Source: an uncultured Bacilli bacterium
GTDB taxonomy: Bacteria > Bacillota_I > Bacilli_A > RF39 > UBA660
Assembly: GCA_934101795.1 (NCBI GenBank)
Contig: CAKORY010000001.1
Coordinates: 76,878-140,877, forward strand
Direction of reading: 5' to 3'
Length of the DNA: 64,000 nucleotides
Part shown: positions 9,265 to 19,260 of the stretch, in pieces
How positions within the stretch are numbered: the first letter of the stretch is position 1
Layout of the letters: every line of letters begins with the position of its first letter
Made by a program: the position numbers and the translations under genes
Notes under the pieces: generated by a model
What the model saw: only the letters and a program-made list of their open reading frames with translations
What the model was told of the DNA's origin: nothing
The model's database searches: none

Positions 9265-10729
9265 TGGAGGATTTATGAAAAGAAGGATATTTTGTTTTAT
9301 ATTATTTTTATTTGTATTCATTAGCTTGTTGTTTGTTAAAAGTTTTAAAAAAGAAGAAATTGATTATAGTGCTTCTCCGGTTAAGAAGAATAATAATACT
9401 TTAAGTATGATGCTTGAAAACGATGATGGGGTATATGAATATACTACGAGTGATAGTTGGCCTCAAAAAGGTTATAGTTTTAATGCTGAGTTATCTAAAT
9501 GTGAAAATGGTGGAGAACTTTCCTGGGATGATGTTAGTAAAAAAATATATATGTCTGGGAATGTTTCAGATAAATGCTATGTGTATTTTGATAAAAAGCC
9601 TTTAGGAAAAATTTGTGAAGGACAAAATATGGCAACTTGTTTTAAAGAAAATTATACTTTTGATAATGCATTATATCATCATGACAAAAGTTTAGAAAAT
9701 AGTGCAGAAGATAATTCTTATAGATATTCTGGTGGTGATTTTATTATAACACAGAAGGCTATTGATGCTGGCTTTACATTTCTTAGAGACTTTAATAATA
9801 CTAGTAATGAAGGTGTTATTAAATTTTATTGTAATGATGAAAAATCAACGTTAGGAGATAATTGCCTTTTGTCACAAAGTCATTATTATCTACTTGGTAA
9901 TAATACAGAAAACAAATATTCTACATATTCAGAAGTTTTAACTAAAGCTATTGAACTTGGATATGTAAAAAAGAATAATGTTAATAATTTTGTTTGTTTT
10001 GGAAGTAATGATGATATTTGTCCTGAAGATAATCTATATCGTATTGTTGGGATTTTTGGTGATAATGTAAAATTAGTCAAAGCTTATCCAGCAACTAGAA
10101 AATTGCTAGGTGAAGATGGAGCATATTATGGATATTATAAAAACACTAAATTTTGGAGTCTTAATCTTTCATCACTTTATGTATCTGATGAAATGAACTA
10201 CTCATATTATTATTGGAATAAGGCAACTGGGACTAATAAGTGGAGTGAAAGTGATTTAAATAAGGTAAACTTAAATAAAAATTATGTAAATAATATTGGT
10301 GCTAGTTGGTCAGATAAAATAGAAACATATAAATGGCATACAAAAGGTGATACGTATGAAAATTTAACAACAAATATTAATCAAGTTTATAAAAATGAAA
10401 TAAGTAATGATAACTCTTCATTGTATGAAGCAAAGATTGGACTTTTATATGTAAGTGATTATTATTATGGAATAGATAAGTCATATTGGAATAGTCCATA
10501 TTATTCACGTTTTAATGTTACTGATTGGCTCGTTTTTGGTGGAAATGATATTTTTATAACTCCAATATCAAATACAACCGAAGCTATGGCAACATATGGA
10601 GGAGAAATTATTGGTTGGAATACTGTAAATAAAAATATATTTGATGTAAGACCTGCATTTTATTTAAAAAATACAATTAATTTATCGCATGGTTTAGGTA
10701 CAATTGATGAACCATATCGTATATCATAA
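9239..10729 (+). CDS. secreted/membrane-anchored protein of unknown function; its C-terminal domain is homologous to that of the 39378 gene (likely true start near 9275, MKRRIF...)
   Basis: An N-terminal hydrophobic segment is present. The C-terminal blocks NLYRIVGIFGDNVKLVKAY, IGLLYVSDYYYG and VRPAFYL match NLYRIIGVFGDKVKLIKS, IGLMYASDYGFA and VRPVFNL in ORF 39378-40832. Confidence 0.6.
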   Translation: MIKHCVLYSGGFMKRRIFCFILFLFVFISLLFVKSFKKEEIDYSASPVKKNNNTLSMMLENDDGVYEYTTSDSWPQKGYSFNAELSKCENGGELSWDDVSKKIYMSGNVSDKCYVYFDKKPLGKICEGQNMATCFKENYTFDNALYHHDKSLENSAEDNSYRYSGGDFIITQKAIDAGFTFLRDFNNTSNEGVIKFYCNDEKSTLGDNCLLSQSHYYLLGNNTENKYSTYSEVLTKAIELGYVKKNNVNNFVCFGSNDDICPEDNLYRIVGIFGDNVKLVKAYPATRKLLGEDGAYYGYYKNTKFWSLNLSSLYVSDEMNYSYYYWNKATGTNKWSESDLNKVNLNKNYVNNIGASWSDKIETYKWHTKGDTYENLTTNINQVYKNEISNDNSSLYEAKIGLLYVSDYYYGIDKSYWNSPYYSRFNVTDWLVFGGNDIFITPISNTTEAMATYGGEIIGWNTVNKNIFDVRPAFYLKNTINLSHGLGTIDEPYRIS

Positions 10730-10813
10730 ATTAAAGTTTAAAATATATGTAAAACATCTTAAAAAGGATGTTTTTTTTCTATAAAGTTTGATATAATTAA
10801 ACGGGGTAATTAA

Positions 10814-11878
10814 ATGGAAAAAAATATAAAGAAAATACTTAATACTTTAGAAGAAAATGGCTACCAAGCATATTTAGTAGGTGGTTTTGTTCGTGATTAT
10901 TTACTGGGCATAACTTCTCATGATGCTGATATTGCCACAAATGCCTTACCTAAAGATATTCATAACATCTTTAATAGTAGTAAAAGTAATTATGGAAGTG
11001 TAAACATAAAATTTGATAATTATAATATAGATATAACAACATTTAGAAAAGATTTAAATTATGTAAATAGAAGACCTAGTAATGTTTTGTATATTGATAA
11101 TTTAGAAGAAGACTTGAAAAGAAGAGATTTTACTATTAATGCTATATGTATGAATAAAGATGATAAAATAATTGATCCTTTGAATGGGTGTGAAGATTTA
11201 AATAATAGAACTATAAAAATGATAGGTGATATTGATACAAAGTTAGAAGAAGATCCCCTTAGAATAATGCGTGCTATTAGATTTGCTTCTGTTTTAGATT
11301 TTGATATTGAAAAAGAACTTTATGAAAAAATTAAAAAGTATAGTTATTTAGTGGAAACACTTTCTAAAGAAAGAATTAAAAGTGAACTTGAAAAAATACT
11401 TTTAAGTAAAAATTACATGAAAGCTTTGAAAATAATGAAAGATACTAATGTTTCTAAGAGTTTAGGCATATCTTATAGCCACATAAATTATGTAGATGAC
11501 TTACTTGGTATGTGGGCTCAAGTTAAAGTTTTAAATATCCCATTTACAAATGTTGAAAAAGGGAATATAATAAAAATTACCGAGGTAATTACTTTGGGAC
11601 AAATAGATAATTTAGTTCTTTATAATTATGGATTATATATATGCACTATTGCAGGTAAAATACTTAATATTAATCCTAAGAAAATAAGTAAAATGTATAA
11701 TAATTTACCTATTAAATCAAAATCTGATATTAATATAACAAGTAAAGAGATATCTGATATTTTTGGAACCGGTAAAGTAATAGGTATTATTTATAGTGAG
11801 TTAGAAAAAGAAATATTAAATAAAAATATAAAAAATAATAAAGAGGAAATACTTAAATATTTAAAGAAAAGGAAGTGA
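10814..11878 (+). CDS. cca: CCA-adding enzyme / tRNA nucleotidyltransferase
   Basis: The polymerase beta-like head motif GGFVRDYLLG..HDADIAT, then RRDFTINA, then an HD-like tail. Confidence 0.8.
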   Translation: MEKNIKKILNTLEENGYQAYLVGGFVRDYLLGITSHDADIATNALPKDIHNIFNSSKSNYGSVNIKFDNYNIDITTFRKDLNYVNRRPSNVLYIDNLEEDLKRRDFTINAICMNKDDKIIDPLNGCEDLNNRTIKMIGDIDTKLEEDPLRIMRAIRFASVLDFDIEKELYEKIKKYSYLVETLSKERIKSELEKILLSKNYMKALKIMKDTNVSKSLGISYSHINYVDDLLGMWAQVKVLNIPFTNVEKGNIIKITEVITLGQIDNLVLYNYGLYICTIAGKILNINPKKISKMYNNLPIKSKSDINITSKEISDIFGTGKVIGIIYSELEKEILNKNIKNNKEEILKYLKKRK

Positions 11879-12507
11879 GAAATATGTTTAAAGATAATAA
11901 AAAACTAGTGGCAGAAAGTATATTTATTAAAGAAGCCTTAAAGTTGAATTTATCTTTAAATGAATTTTTACTTCTTTTATATTTTGATAATTCTTATGAT
12001 GTAGTATTTGATATAAAAGTTGTTGCTAAGACTTTAAATATGAAGGAAGAAGATGTTTTAAATGCTTATGGTTCATTAATGGCTAAGAAAATAATAAGTG
12101 TTAAAGCTGAAAAAGATGGTTTTGGTAAAATAAGAGAATCTGTTTCTTTAGATAATTTTTATAATGAGATTAAACGTGATTATAAAACACGTGAAAAAGA
12201 AGAATCTAAAACTGATATTTATGAAATATTTGAAAAAGAATTTGGTAGAACATTATCAAATACAGATTTTGAAATTATAAATGCTTGGATAGAAAGTGGA
12301 TTTAGTGAAGAATTGATTGAAGCTGCATTAAAAGAAGCTGTGTATAATGGTGCTCTTACTCTTAGATATGTTGATAAAGTATTATATGAATGGAATAGGA
12401 AAGGAATTAAAGTACCAGCTGATATAAAGAAGGCAATGGAAAAAGTACCTGAGGCTCCTTTGTATGAAGCAAGTGTTATGAATTTTGATTGGTTAAATGA
12501 AAAGTAA
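11875..12507 (+). CDS. dnaD: DnaD-domain replication initiation/membrane attachment protein
   Basis: The C-terminal DnaD/DnaB2 domain motif YVDKVLYEWNRKGIKV is present. The gene is syntenic with nth, as in B. subtilis dnaD-nth. Confidence 0.7.
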   Translation: MRNMFKDNKKLVAESIFIKEALKLNLSLNEFLLLLYFDNSYDVVFDIKVVAKTLNMKEEDVLNAYGSLMAKKIISVKAEKDGFGKIRESVSLDNFYNEIKRDYKTREKEESKTDIYEIFEKEFGRTLSNTDFEIINAWIESGFSEELIEAALKEAVYNGALTLRYVDKVLYEWNRKGIKVPADIKKAMEKVPEAPLYEASVMNFDWLNEK

Positions 12508-13108
12508 TGAAGTATTAAAAAAGTTAGATGAAATAGTACCTAATCCTGTTTGTGCGCTTTTGTATAATAGAGATTATGAATTACTTATTGCAACTGTACT
12601 TGCTGCTCAATCAACTGATAAAAGAGTAAATGAAGTAACTAAAGTATTATTTTCTAAATATGATATATTTAGTTTAGCAAAAGAGAATATAAAAAATATT
12701 GAAGATATTATATATCCAGTTGGAACTTATAAAAGAAAAGCAGAATATATATCTGTAATTGCTAAAAGATTAGTAAATGATTATGATGGAAAAGTACCAA
12801 ATGATAGAAAGTATTTAGAAAGTTTACCAGGAGTTGGTAGAAAGACTTGTAATGTGGTTTTATCAAATATTTATGATGTGCCAGCGATTGCAGTTGATAC
12901 TCATGTTGCTAGAGTTTCTAAAAGATTAGGGTTAACTAAAAGTGATAATGTGCTTGAAATAGAAAAAGATTTAATGAAATTTTTTCCAGAGAATAAATGG
13001 AGTAGAGTTCATCATCAATTAGTTTTATTTGGAAGATATACTTGTAAAAGTAAAAATCCTTTGTGTGATAAATGCCCATTTAAATGTAAATATATGAGGA
13101 AATATTAA
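12497..13108 (+). CDS. nth: endonuclease III
   Basis: HhH-GPD motif LPGVGRKTCNVVL. A C-terminal 4Fe-4S cysteine cluster is C-x6-C-x2-C-x5-C. Confidence 0.9.
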   Translation: MKSNEVLKKLDEIVPNPVCALLYNRDYELLIATVLAAQSTDKRVNEVTKVLFSKYDIFSLAKENIKNIEDIIYPVGTYKRKAEYISVIAKRLVNDYDGKVPNDRKYLESLPGVGRKTCNVVLSNIYDVPAIAVDTHVARVSKRLGLTKSDNVLEIEKDLMKFFPENKWSRVHHQLVLFGRYTCKSKNPLCDKCPFKCKYMRKY

Positions 13109-13223
13109 AAAATAATATTTCTTTTTTTATATAATAGGAAAGTCATCCAAGTTTTATAAAATTAATTCTTGATATGTGGCCAAACATATGGTATAATTAT
13201 ATTATCTAAGGGGGCCAAGTTTT

Positions 13224-14366
13224 ATGAATATTTATAAAGCATATAAATTTAGAATTTATCCAAATAGAGAGCAAAAGATAATGATAGATAAAACTTTTGG
13301 ATGTACAAGATTTATTTTTAATAAATTTTTATCTGAAAGAAAAACGAAATATGAAGAAAGCAAAATTAAATTAAGTGCTTATGATGAGTTAAAAGAACTA
13401 ACTGATTTAAAGAAAGAAAATAAGTGGCTTAAAGAAGTAGATTCATGTGCCCTTCAAAAATGTGTATTTAACTTAGATGATGCATTTAAGAATTTTTTTC
13501 ATGGAAATGGTTATCCAAAATTTAAAGCTAAAGGAGAACATGAAAGCTATACAACAAATAATATTTTAAATGAATATAAAAATGTTAAATATGAAAGTAT
13601 AAGAATAGATTTTAAAAATAAAGTAATAACATTACCAAGACTAAAAAAAGTAGAGTTTCGAGGATATAGAACAACCAAAGAAATAGTAGGAAAGATAAAA
13701 TCAGCAACAATTAGTAAAGATGCTAACAAGTATTTTGTAAGTGTCCTTGTTGAAGTTCCATTTATTAAACCAACTATAAATCTAACATCAATCGTAGGAT
13801 TAGATTTAGGCATCAAAGATTTTATAGTAACATCTAATGGAGAAAAACTAAAAAATGAAGTGAAAGTAAATGAAAAAAGATTAAAAGGATTACAAAAAGG
13901 TTTAGCTAGATGCAAACCAGGAAGTAAGAATAGATATAAACTAAAATTAAAAATACAAAGATTATATTTAAAAATTAGAAATGCCAGAAAACATATGATA
14001 TATAAACTTGCAAATAATATCTTAAAGGAAAATGACATTGTAGCTGTTGAAAGCTTAGATGTTAAAAGCATGTATCAAGTCCATAAAATAGCTAAACACT
14101 TAAAAAACATACCAATCAGTGAATTTATGCGAGTCTTAAAATATAAATCAAATTGGCTAGGTAAAAAAGTAATTGAAATAAATAAATATTATCCAAGTAG
14201 TCAATGCTGTAATAGATGTGATTATAAAAATGAGGAAGTAAAAAATTTAAGTATAAGAAAGTGGACATGTCCAAGATGTGGTTTAATACATGATAGAGAT
14301 ATAAATGCAAGTATAAATATAATGTTTGAAGGATTGAAAATATATATGAAAGAGTGTATAATTTAA
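13224..14366 (+). CDS. tnpB: TnpB (OrfB) RNA-guided endonuclease-like transposase accessory protein
   Basis: The N-terminus is MNIYKAYKFRIYPNREQ (OrfB_IS605). RuvC-like motifs are present. The C-terminal Zn finger is CNRCDYKNEEVKNLSIRKWTCPRCGLIHDRDINASINI. Confidence 0.9.
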   Translation: MNIYKAYKFRIYPNREQKIMIDKTFGCTRFIFNKFLSERKTKYEESKIKLSAYDELKELTDLKKENKWLKEVDSCALQKCVFNLDDAFKNFFHGNGYPKFKAKGEHESYTTNNILNEYKNVKYESIRIDFKNKVITLPRLKKVEFRGYRTTKEIVGKIKSATISKDANKYFVSVLVEVPFIKPTINLTSIVGLDLGIKDFIVTSNGEKLKNEVKVNEKRLKGLQKGLARCKPGSKNRYKLKLKIQRLYLKIRNARKHMIYKLANNILKENDIVAVESLDVKSMYQVHKIAKHLKNIPISEFMRVLKYKSNWLGKKVIEINKYYPSSQCCNRCDYKNEEVKNLSIRKWTCPRCGLIHDRDINASINIMFEGLKIYMKECII

Positions 14367-14500
14367 ATAAGAACGAAATAAATATAAGTAGGGTGGCGAC
14401 CATCCGAAGTTGGTCTGCGGAGAAGCCTTAGGTTTCTGTGAAACAGAAAAAGTGTTACCGTGAGGTAACACAGATACTTGAATTTCGTTAGAAATTTAAG
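14250..14500 (+). ncRNA. putative TnpB-associated omega (re)RNA derived from the 3' end of tnpB and the IS right end
   Basis: The GC-rich structured segment gggtggcgaccatccgaagttggtctgcggagaagccttagg...gtgttaccgtgaggtaacac lies directly after the tnpB stop. This matches the known placement of omega-RNA scaffolds. Confidence 0.45.
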
Positions 14501-14633
14501 TTATGTTCTTTTAACATATTATAAATATTGTGAAGAGTACCGGAGTTAAATTATAATTCCAAACTCTTAATAATTACCATGATTTGAAGAAACATATTAT
14601 ATAGTATAAGATGCCTTATATAATATGTTTTAT

Positions 14634-14672
14634 GAAAAATACTGCTTGATATTTTCAAGCAGTATTTTTTAA
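14634..14672. terminator. bidirectional terminator (AATACTGCTTGA/TCAAGCAGTATT stem)
   Basis: A perfect 12-bp stem with a T-run on one side and an A-run on the other. It lies immediately 3' of ponA on the minus strand. Confidence 0.8.
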
Positions 14673-17224
14673 TCTAAATCATCATCATTATTATTGTTAT
14701 TATCATTATTGTTATTGTTTTCATTTTGACCAGGTGATATAATGTTTTCTACATTGGAGTCAACGCCGGTATTAACTTTTATTTCTAGACCATCACTCAT
14801 ATTTGCTGTAAATAATGAATATGCAGATTTTATAATATATGTTACATTACCACTGGATGGATTAGTGATTGTATAATTTGTACTATCTGTTCTTCCAAGG
14901 TACGTAAGAGTTCCATCAGAAGCTTTTTCATAAATATTATATCCCAGTGAACCAATATAATTATTATTATATGTTATTCTTTGTTCATAATATTTACTTG
15001 CAGATGTATCAAAATATTTATTGAAATGTTCTTGCAAGTAGTTGGTACTTATTGCATCTGGGGTACTTATTCCATTCCATTTAAGTTTTATTTGTGTACC
15101 ATTATTAGTGTACGTTCCATTTGTAGGAGCGTTTAATTTTTCAAATCTAGTAGAATTTTCTGTAGGTTCAGTTCCTTCTTTAAATATTTCTATCATTCTT
15201 AATGCTTCAGGGGTATATTCTGATGCTAGAGTAGTTGGGATTGTTTCTTTTTCTACTTCTACTTCGATGATGCCACTTGGTTTAGAAAATGTTTTATTTT
15301 TACTATATACTCTTGAACCAACTGCTTTCATAACAGCATTTCTGACTCTTCCCCCAATTGTTGCTGTTAGATAGTGATCAGAATTATTTATATCGTATCC
15401 AATCCATAAAGCAATTGCATATTCTGGAGAGTAGGTAATGTTCCATGCATCTCTGGTTGCTGATGCTGGTATTCCAAGTTTATCTGTTGTAGCTTTATCT
15501 AAGTTTGTTGTACCTGATTTAGCAGCGATTTGTGTGCCACCTACTGATACACCCCCAACACCCCTTTGAGCAGCTGTTATAAGTATGTCTGTAATCATGT
15601 ATGCTGTTTCTTCACTCATAACTTTTACTTTTTCACTAGTTTTATTGTAAACTTTTCCATTTTCTAAAATGGTAGCTTCTGTATATGAGTAAGGTTTAAT
15701 GTAGTAACCACCACGTCCATAAGCTGCATAAGCTGCTGACATTTGAACTGGACTAACACCATCGAAACCACCAATTGCAGCAGATTCATATAATTCTCCG
15801 CCATAATCAATACCTAAGTTTTTGACAAAGTTTTTGATATAGTCAGGATTTTCTTTATAAACAGCTTTAAAAGCCCTTAGTGCTGGAATATTTCTTGATG
15901 CTGCCAAAGCATCACGCATTGTCATAAGACCATTATATTTTCCATCAGCATTTTTAATTGGCGTTCCATTTGAATAAGTTGTTTCTTCATCTAAGAAAAG
16001 TGTAGCAGGTGAACCATTTAAATATTCAATGTAAGGACCGTAGTCAAATAATATTTTGGCAGTTGATCCTGGTTGTCTTTTGATTGTAGCTCTGTTTGTA
16101 CCTCTGGCACTATAATTTCTACCACCAGATATGGCAGATAACCCACCAGTTTCCATATCAGTAATTGCTATACCTTCTTGCATATATTCATTTGGAAATT
16201 CGTAAATTTCACCTTTTTCTAGTTTATTTAATACATCTTGAACATCTTTATCTATAGTTGTAACAATTTTCATTGGGGTTTCACGTAAGTCGTAACCTGT
16301 ATCATTTGCAACTTCATTAATGATATAGTCAATTGCAGCTCTACTTTCACCATTTGCAACATTATCTTTTTTAACTAGTAAGCTTTCAATTGGAATATCT
16401 AAAACAGCATTTTTTTCTTCTTCAGTTATATAACCATGATTTACCATAAGGGTTAAAACTATTTTTTGACGTTTTCTGGTATTATTTGGTTTTGTATATG
16501 GGTTGTAAAGTCCTGGATTTTGAAACATTCCTGCAAGAATTGAAGCTTCTGCAAGAGATATATCTGATACTGATTTACCAAAGAAGTTTTGACATGCTTG
16601 TTCAACTCCTGCAAAACCAGAGTTATTAAGTGAACCAGTTGAACCAAACCATTGGCTATTTACATAAAACTCTATAATTTCTTCTTTTGTATAGTTGCTT
16701 TCTACTTTAAATACAGCCATATAAATATCTGTAAATTTTCTTACAATTCCTTTTATACCATGTGATTCTCCGGATGTGTAAGCTCTTTTTACAACTTGCA
16801 TTGTTAGGGTAGAAGCACCACCTGCTTTATCATTTCCAATAAGTTGTCCAACACTTGCTTTAGCAAAACGGGCAATATCTAGACCACTATGTTGAAAAAA
16901 TCTTGAGTCTTCAGTTGCTACGATGGCATCTATTAAAACTTCAGGAAGTTCATCATAATTTACTAATGCTCTATCATACTGACCAAGTCTAGCAAGTTCT
17001 GTTTTTCCATCATTATAATATAGAACACTTGACTCTTTAGAATATAATTTTTCTTTATCAAAATCTGGTGAAGAAATAATTATATATAATGCAAATATTA
17101 ATATTATTGATATAACTGCTATACCTCCAATTAAAATAATTGAAAGAATATTTTCTTTAATATTTATTTTTTTCTTACCATCTTTCTTTTTTAAGTTAAT
17201 TTTTTTAATTTTTAATTTTTTCAT
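14669..17224 (-). CDS. ponA: class A penicillin-binding protein 1A (transglycosylase/transpeptidase) with an N/D-rich low-complexity C-terminal tail
   Basis: GT51 motifs EDSRFFQHSGLD and RNIPALR are present, with an SxxK transpeptidase and a KSGTT motif. The tail is NENNNNNDNNNNNDDDLD. The gene is syntenic with recU. Confidence 0.9.
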   Translation of the reverse strand: MKKLKIKKINLKKKDGKKKINIKENILSIILIGGIAVISIILIFALYIIISSPDFDKEKLYSKESSVLYYNDGKTELARLGQYDRALVNYDELPEVLIDAIVATEDSRFFQHSGLDIARFAKASVGQLIGNDKAGGASTLTMQVVKRAYTSGESHGIKGIVRKFTDIYMAVFKVESNYTKEEIIEFYVNSQWFGSTGSLNNSGFAGVEQACQNFFGKSVSDISLAEASILAGMFQNPGLYNPYTKPNNTRKRQKIVLTLMVNHGYITEEEKNAVLDIPIESLLVKKDNVANGESRAAIDYIINEVANDTGYDLRETPMKIVTTIDKDVQDVLNKLEKGEIYEFPNEYMQEGIAITDMETGGLSAISGGRNYSARGTNRATIKRQPGSTAKILFDYGPYIEYLNGSPATLFLDEETTYSNGTPIKNADGKYNGLMTMRDALAASRNIPALRAFKAVYKENPDYIKNFVKNLGIDYGGELYESAAIGGFDGVSPVQMSAAYAAYGRGGYYIKPYSYTEATILENGKVYNKTSEKVKVMSEETAYMITDILITAAQRGVGGVSVGGTQIAAKSGTTNLDKATTDKLGIPASATRDAWNITYSPEYAIALWIGYDINNSDHYLTATIGGRVRNAVMKAVGSRVYSKNKTFSKPSGIIEVEVEKETIPTTLASEYTPEALRMIEIFKEGTEPTENSTRFEKLNAPTNGTYTNNGTQIKLKWNGISTPDAISTNYLQEHFNKYFDTSASKYYEQRITYNNNYIGSLGYNIYEKASDGTLTYLGRTDSTNYTITNPSSGNVTYIIKSAYSLFTANMSDGLEIKVNTGVDSNVENIISPGQNENNNNNDNNNNNDDDLD

Positions 17225-17766
17225 ATTTTATCTCCTAACTTTGATAAGTAATCTAAACCCTTTAAGGTCATATTTACTTCGATAGCATTATTTTTTATAT
17301 ATTCATAGGGAATACTTTTTCTTTCATTATTATCAATATAATCAATAAAATCTTTACCCATCAGCATAAAATATTTATTATTCATACTGATGATTAGAAA
17401 AACTATACCTCCATGTTTATATATATTTCTTATATGTTTTATTTGGTGATCATGAACATTACTTATAGGAAATGACGTTTTATTGTTTGTTTCTTTAGCA
17501 TCAAATTCTATGTATTTTCCTTTATAGATGCCATTAAAATCTAGTGTTGATGGCATTTCGTAAAAAGCATCTGTTATTCTTTTGCCTAAACTTGAATAAT
17601 CAGTTTTAACTACTCTGATAGGAGTAGGCTTTTTATAAATGTATGCTATATCATTATCTCTATAATAAATATTAGCTTGTTCAATTAAATATTCAAGTTC
17701 CATACCACGATTCTTATATGAAACTTCTTTTTTGTATGTTTTTTTAGTACCTCCAGGATATAACAT
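17221..17766 (-). CDS. recU: Holliday junction resolvase RecU
   Basis: The 181-aa product has the RecU pattern (..YKNRGMELE..IYKGKYIEFDAKET..). It overlaps the ponA start, as in the recU-ponA operon. Confidence 0.8.
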   Translation of the reverse strand: MLYPGGTKKTYKKEVSYKNRGMELEYLIEQANIYYRDNDIAYIYKKPTPIRVVKTDYSSLGKRITDAFYEMPSTLDFNGIYKGKYIEFDAKETNNKTSFPISNVHDHQIKHIRNIYKHGGIVFLIISMNNKYFMLMGKDFIDYIDNNERKSIPYEYIKNNAIEVNMTLKGLDYLSKLGDKI

Positions 17767-17920
17767 GCAATCACCTTTAAGTATTATAACATATTTAAGA
17801 AAAGATTTATAGGGCCTTATGCAAGTTTGTCAAAAGTAGACAGTTAAAAGTTTTGACATGTTTTGTCGAAAGTAATGAAAATTATTTAAAGTTGTTATAC
17901 TATATTGTTGGTGATAAAAA

Positions 17921-18031
17921 TGCGTTTAGAATACTATATAAATTTAATGATGGAAAGATTAGATTTTGGCTTGTTAAATGTGCCTTTTTTAGAAGTGGAA
18001 GAAATTAGTAGTGATGATGATATTGACTAAA
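17921..18031 (+). CDS. small acidic hypothetical protein (36 aa)
   Basis: MRLEYYINLMMERLDFGLLNVPFLEVEEISSDDDID, with a GGTGA RBS 5 nt upstream. It lies in the divergent recU/gpsB intergenic region. Confidence 0.25.
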
Positions 18032-18065
18032 ACGAAAAATTAAGTTATAATTTTTTTGTTAGTAG

Positions 18066-18401
18066 GTGATATTTTTGTATAATGATCGATTATATTTAAC
18101 TCCTCAAGAAATACTTGAGAAAGAATTTAAGATTGATGCCAGGGGATATCGACCTCAAGAAGTTGATAAGTTTTTGGATATGGTTATCCGTGATTATACG
18201 GAATATGCAAATATTATTAGAAAGTTAGAAAAAGATGTAAAAGATTTAACTGATGATAATATTAAGTTAAAACAAGAGATAAGAAGACTTCAAGAAGTAG
18301 CTAGTACAAGTAGTGAAGCGCCTTCAAGAAGCACAAATAATGTTGATTTACTTAAAAGAATTAGTCAACTTGAAAAAGTAGTTTACGGAAATAATGAATA
18401 A
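18066..18401 (+). CDS. gpsB: cell-cycle protein GpsB (DivIVA-domain)
   Basis: A DivIVA N-terminal domain (LTPQEILEKEFKIDARGYRPQEVDKFLDMVIRDY) and the approximately 110-aa size. It sits immediately upstream of rnpB, as in B. subtilis. Confidence 0.8.
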   Translation: MIFLYNDRLYLTPQEILEKEFKIDARGYRPQEVDKFLDMVIRDYTEYANIIRKLEKDVKDLTDDNIKLKQEIRRLQEVASTSSEAPSRSTNNVDLLKRISQLEKVVYGNNE

Positions 18402-18745
18402 TCTAGTGGCAAATGCTGCATAAGATAGTTATGTAGAGGAAAGTCCATGCTCGCACAGGCTGAGATGTCTGTAGTGTTTGTGCTTAGGAAAAAAATAACC
18501 TAAGAAAGCGAAAGTTTATGGCTTCGAGGAAACCTTAAATGGTTTTATTAGATATAAAAGTGCCAAAGAGACGAGCTACAAGGGAAACTTTGTAGGTGGA
18601 ACGTGGTAAACCCCGCAAGCGAGAAACCCAAATTATGGTAGGGGAGCTTAAAGTAAAGAAATGAATTTGCTTTGGGTGCAGAAATGTAAGATAAATATTT
18701 GCCTCTTCTTTATGAAGAACAAAACATGGCTTATTAAGATTATTT
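18395..18745 (+). ncRNA. rnpB: RNase P RNA (bacterial type B)
   Basis: Conserved blocks GTAGAGGAAAGTCCATGCTCGCAC, GGAACGTGGTAAACCCC..AAGCGAGAAACCCAAATTATGGTAGGGGA and AACAAAACATGGCTTA match Bacillus rnpB. P1 forms between AATAATCT (about 18393-18400) and AGATTATT (about 18737-18744). Confidence 0.9.
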
Positions 18746-18778
18746 TTTATTTTGAATTAAAAAAGGAGTGAAAAAGTT

Positions 18779-19252
18779 TTGAACGAAATTGGTGAGGAGC
18801 TTCAGTATGCAAGGGAGTCATCAGGTGTTAGTTTAAATGAAGCAAGTAAGGACCTTGGTATAAAAGTAGAAATACTTGAAAATATCGAGGATGGAAGAAC
18901 CGGAGCATTTAAAGATATATTTGAACTTAAAGAATATATATCGAGTTATGCTAAATATTTAGGTTTAGATGAACAAGAATTAATAGATGAATTTAATGAG
19001 TATATGTTTGAATATACTTCTAAGATACCTATTAAAGAAATAGAAAAAACAATTGAACTTAAAATTAAAGAAGAAAAAAAAGATGATATTATTTCATCAC
19101 CATATACAAAACAAGCTAAAAAATATAATAAATGGGTGTATGTTACTATTTATGCATTTATATTTTTACTTGTAATGTTTGCAATTCTTTGGTCAGTAAA
19201 ACAAGTTACAATTAATCGAAGTAGTACTGATACAATAAGTTATGGAAAGTAG
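18779..19252 (+). CDS. RodZ-like HTH-domain membrane protein (TTG start)
   Basis: An N-terminal XRE-like HTH (LQYARESSGVSLNEASKDLGIKVEILENIEDG), a C-terminal TM, and a position upstream of pgsA as with B. subtilis ymfM(rodZ)-pgsA. Confidence 0.6.
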   Translation: MNEIGEELQYARESSGVSLNEASKDLGIKVEILENIEDGRTGAFKDIFELKEYISSYAKYLGLDEQELIDEFNEYMFEYTSKIPIKEIEKTIELKIKEEKKDDIISSPYTKQAKKYNKWVYVTIYAFIFLLVMFAILWSVKQVTINRSSTDTISYGK

Positions 19253-19260
19253 GGAAGTAT

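Larger units (their letters stand above)
13130..14500 (+). mobile_element. IS200/IS605-family, IS1341-type element carrying tnpB only (no tnpA), inserted between nth and ponA
   Basis: The TnpB ORF plus a structured, GC-richer 3' tail interrupt the conserved nth-(ypoC)-ponA neighbourhood. The exact ends are not determined. Confidence 0.6.
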
